Part shown: positions 61,942 through 64,000 of the stretch, in pieces | How positions within the stretch are numbered: the stretch's first letter is position 1 | Layout of the letters: each line of letters opens with the position of its first letter | The notes under the pieces: generated by a model | What the model was told of the DNA's origin: nothing | The model's input: the letters and a program-made list of their open reading frames with translations, nothing else | Database searches by the model: none | Position numbers and translations under genes: made by a program | Source of the DNA: Schmidtea nova | Lineage: Eukaryota | Direction: 5' to 3' | DNA length: 64,000 nt | Assembly: GCA_044892505.1 (NCBI GenBank) | Contig: CM097883.1 | Span: forward strand, 424,328,001-424,392,000

Positions 61942-64000
61942 TATTCTATCCCAATGTATGTAATAGACGCCATAAACTTAAACAAGGTTAAATTCAATAT
62001 TTTAATTTTAATTTCAATTATTAATATAAGAAACCCTTTCTATTTATATTTCACACATATAGCTGGATTAACACAGTTGAAGTTTTCTGATCGTTTAAAT
62101 GCAACCAAAACACACATGCAACCACAAGAAGTAATTTTAAATTAACGATAACACATCAAGTAATAAAGGATTCATTCTGAGGATAATTTTCAAAAATATG
62201 GGTATAAGTTTGGCAGGAAGGCACGACATAAAACTAATGACCAAAAATAAGTTCACAACCTAATATAAAATTCCTATTAATAAAAAATGTAATAATAAGT
62301 ATACTATACTGTATAAATGGTAAGAAAGGGTCATGTAGAAAATCTTTGAATAAATTCTCTCTATAGTCACACTTTTAAGTGAGTCCCCTGAGTGTGACTA
62401 TATGGAGGTTCCACTGTATTAAAACATTTTAAAGTAAAATCGATGAAAGTAAAAAATGATAAGTATCTACACAATTTATTGAAAATGACTAATAAATAAA
62501 ATAAAGCATTGCAAAGTTCATTGTATTGTTGGGCAAAAACTAAATCCAACCAAGTCTTGTATAATGTAGAGATCGCGTAAGAAGTAAACTCAAAATATTA
62601 ACCGATAACACCAAATAAATAAAATTAACCATAGAGACACATTACAATTTAATTAAAACACGTTAAAAAATTAAAATGAATACAATGCAATAAGTAAGCA
62701 TGTGAAAACATAAAAATAACATGAAAACATTAATTACAGAAAATTACTACAAATTACCAAAAATTCAAAAATATAAAAGAATAATGCTTTGTTAAATTAG
62801 TAAAAATTTTGATTAAAATTGAAATTTTTAGATGAAAAATAAATTTATTTAAAACTTTTATAAAATTTTATGCATAAATATTAATTTAATTTTTGAACAA
62901 ATCAAAAGACTTTATTTCGAAAAATCAAAAAATTTGACCATGATAAATATTTTACTGCATCAATAAAGAAGTCTAGCTAAAAGTGATACAAGAACTGAAA
63001 TAAAAATTATCCGAAAACACTTGCTTGCAAAAAATAAAAAGACTTTTTTAATTAAGACTTTTTCAGACAAAGAATTTTAAAAACTATTTATTGCGAAGAC
63101 TTTGTAACTTTTTCCAGAAGACTGTTTTCAAAATTTAAACACTTCTTTCGAAACATTTACTTAGTTTTAAACAATATACTTTTTATTTATTTAACACTCG
63201 TTTTTTGAAGACACCTAGGAACTCATGATCAATTTCCGGAACCACAGAAGATGTTCCATCCGAAATTTATAATTGATAATCTGATGCACCAAGGTATTTT
63301 TATTTAACTTTATTCATATTCCACTATTGTTATTTATTGTTATATTCATTAAACGTTTTCTATTCATTATTTTTATGAATTTATTGTTTCGATAATTTTT
63401 TTCAATTCTCGTTAAAATTTCATATTACATGCAATAAAATCTCATGAATATTTTTATTAATCATTCTTTTTATTTTAATATTGTTCCATACATTCCAATT
63501 CGCATAGCATGCCTAGTATCGACTAAGTAGCCATTGCAGCTAGCCGGAGAAAAGCGCGATAATCTCATTTATACGAATTACTGAGTCCAATTCCACATAA
63601 TTAAATATATAATTAAAGACTTTTCTAAATACACCAGGTTTCAAAAATCTAGGTACATCAGACTGTGTAAGTAGGAGGGAAGTGAGCGATCTAGGAAAAG
63701 CTATTTATCCCTAAGCTGTATAAGTTACATAACAATTTTACAGTGACCAACCTAAAATTATTTGGGGTTTACACAAATTACATAACACTATACAATTACA
63801 TAATCACTTTACACATGTTAAATAATACCAAACAAAAATATTCTAATCGTGAAATCGATGACGTAATACTGTTTTTTTAATATTGTTTTTTCAAAAAATA
63901 TAAAGTTTACTATTTTTTCGAGATTTTTTACAAAAACATGGAGAAATTGAAGTCTGCATTCAATTTACACGTAAAAAGGCTTGACTCCCACAATTTCAAA

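Noticed and set aside
62380-62418. Tigger-like terminus …GGAGGTTCCACTG|TA
   Set aside because: No partner TIR or transposase remnant was found in the window.

Overview
AT-rich, gapped eukaryotic (invertebrate metazoan-like) draft sequence dominated by transposable elements. The species cannot be determined from the window. Two host genes are supportable. One is the 3' part of a class IIa histone deacetylase (HDAC4-like): a 1,092-bp exon at 8196-9287 carrying almost the whole catalytic domain, a ~7.5-kb intron, and a terminal exon at 16843-17178. The other is a single-ORF lysine-rich protein ending in a RAD51AP1-type motif (52592-53203). The TE content includes: a compact, very young Ty3/Gypsy retrotransposon (38002-42549, minus strand; identical 131-bp LTRs with AGT...ACT ends, 5-bp TSD, and a -1 frameshift slippery site plus pseudoknot); four hAT remnants; Tigger, POGK-like pogo, Tc1 and mariner remnants; several MITEs with clean TSDs; a Helitron-type element; and a foldback element family with long perfect hairpins and (ATT)n tracts. 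The most unexplained signal is a ~105-nt motif present in at least seven highly diverged copies. It keeps fixed-spaced boxes (GTTGGTAMTG...AAACTA...GGGTTC...GATAGAAG) around a stem whose sequence changes between copies while pairing is retained, and it lies ~100-140 bp inside one end of an unclassified LTR-like repeat family. All alignments and folds were done by eye. No database search was run.
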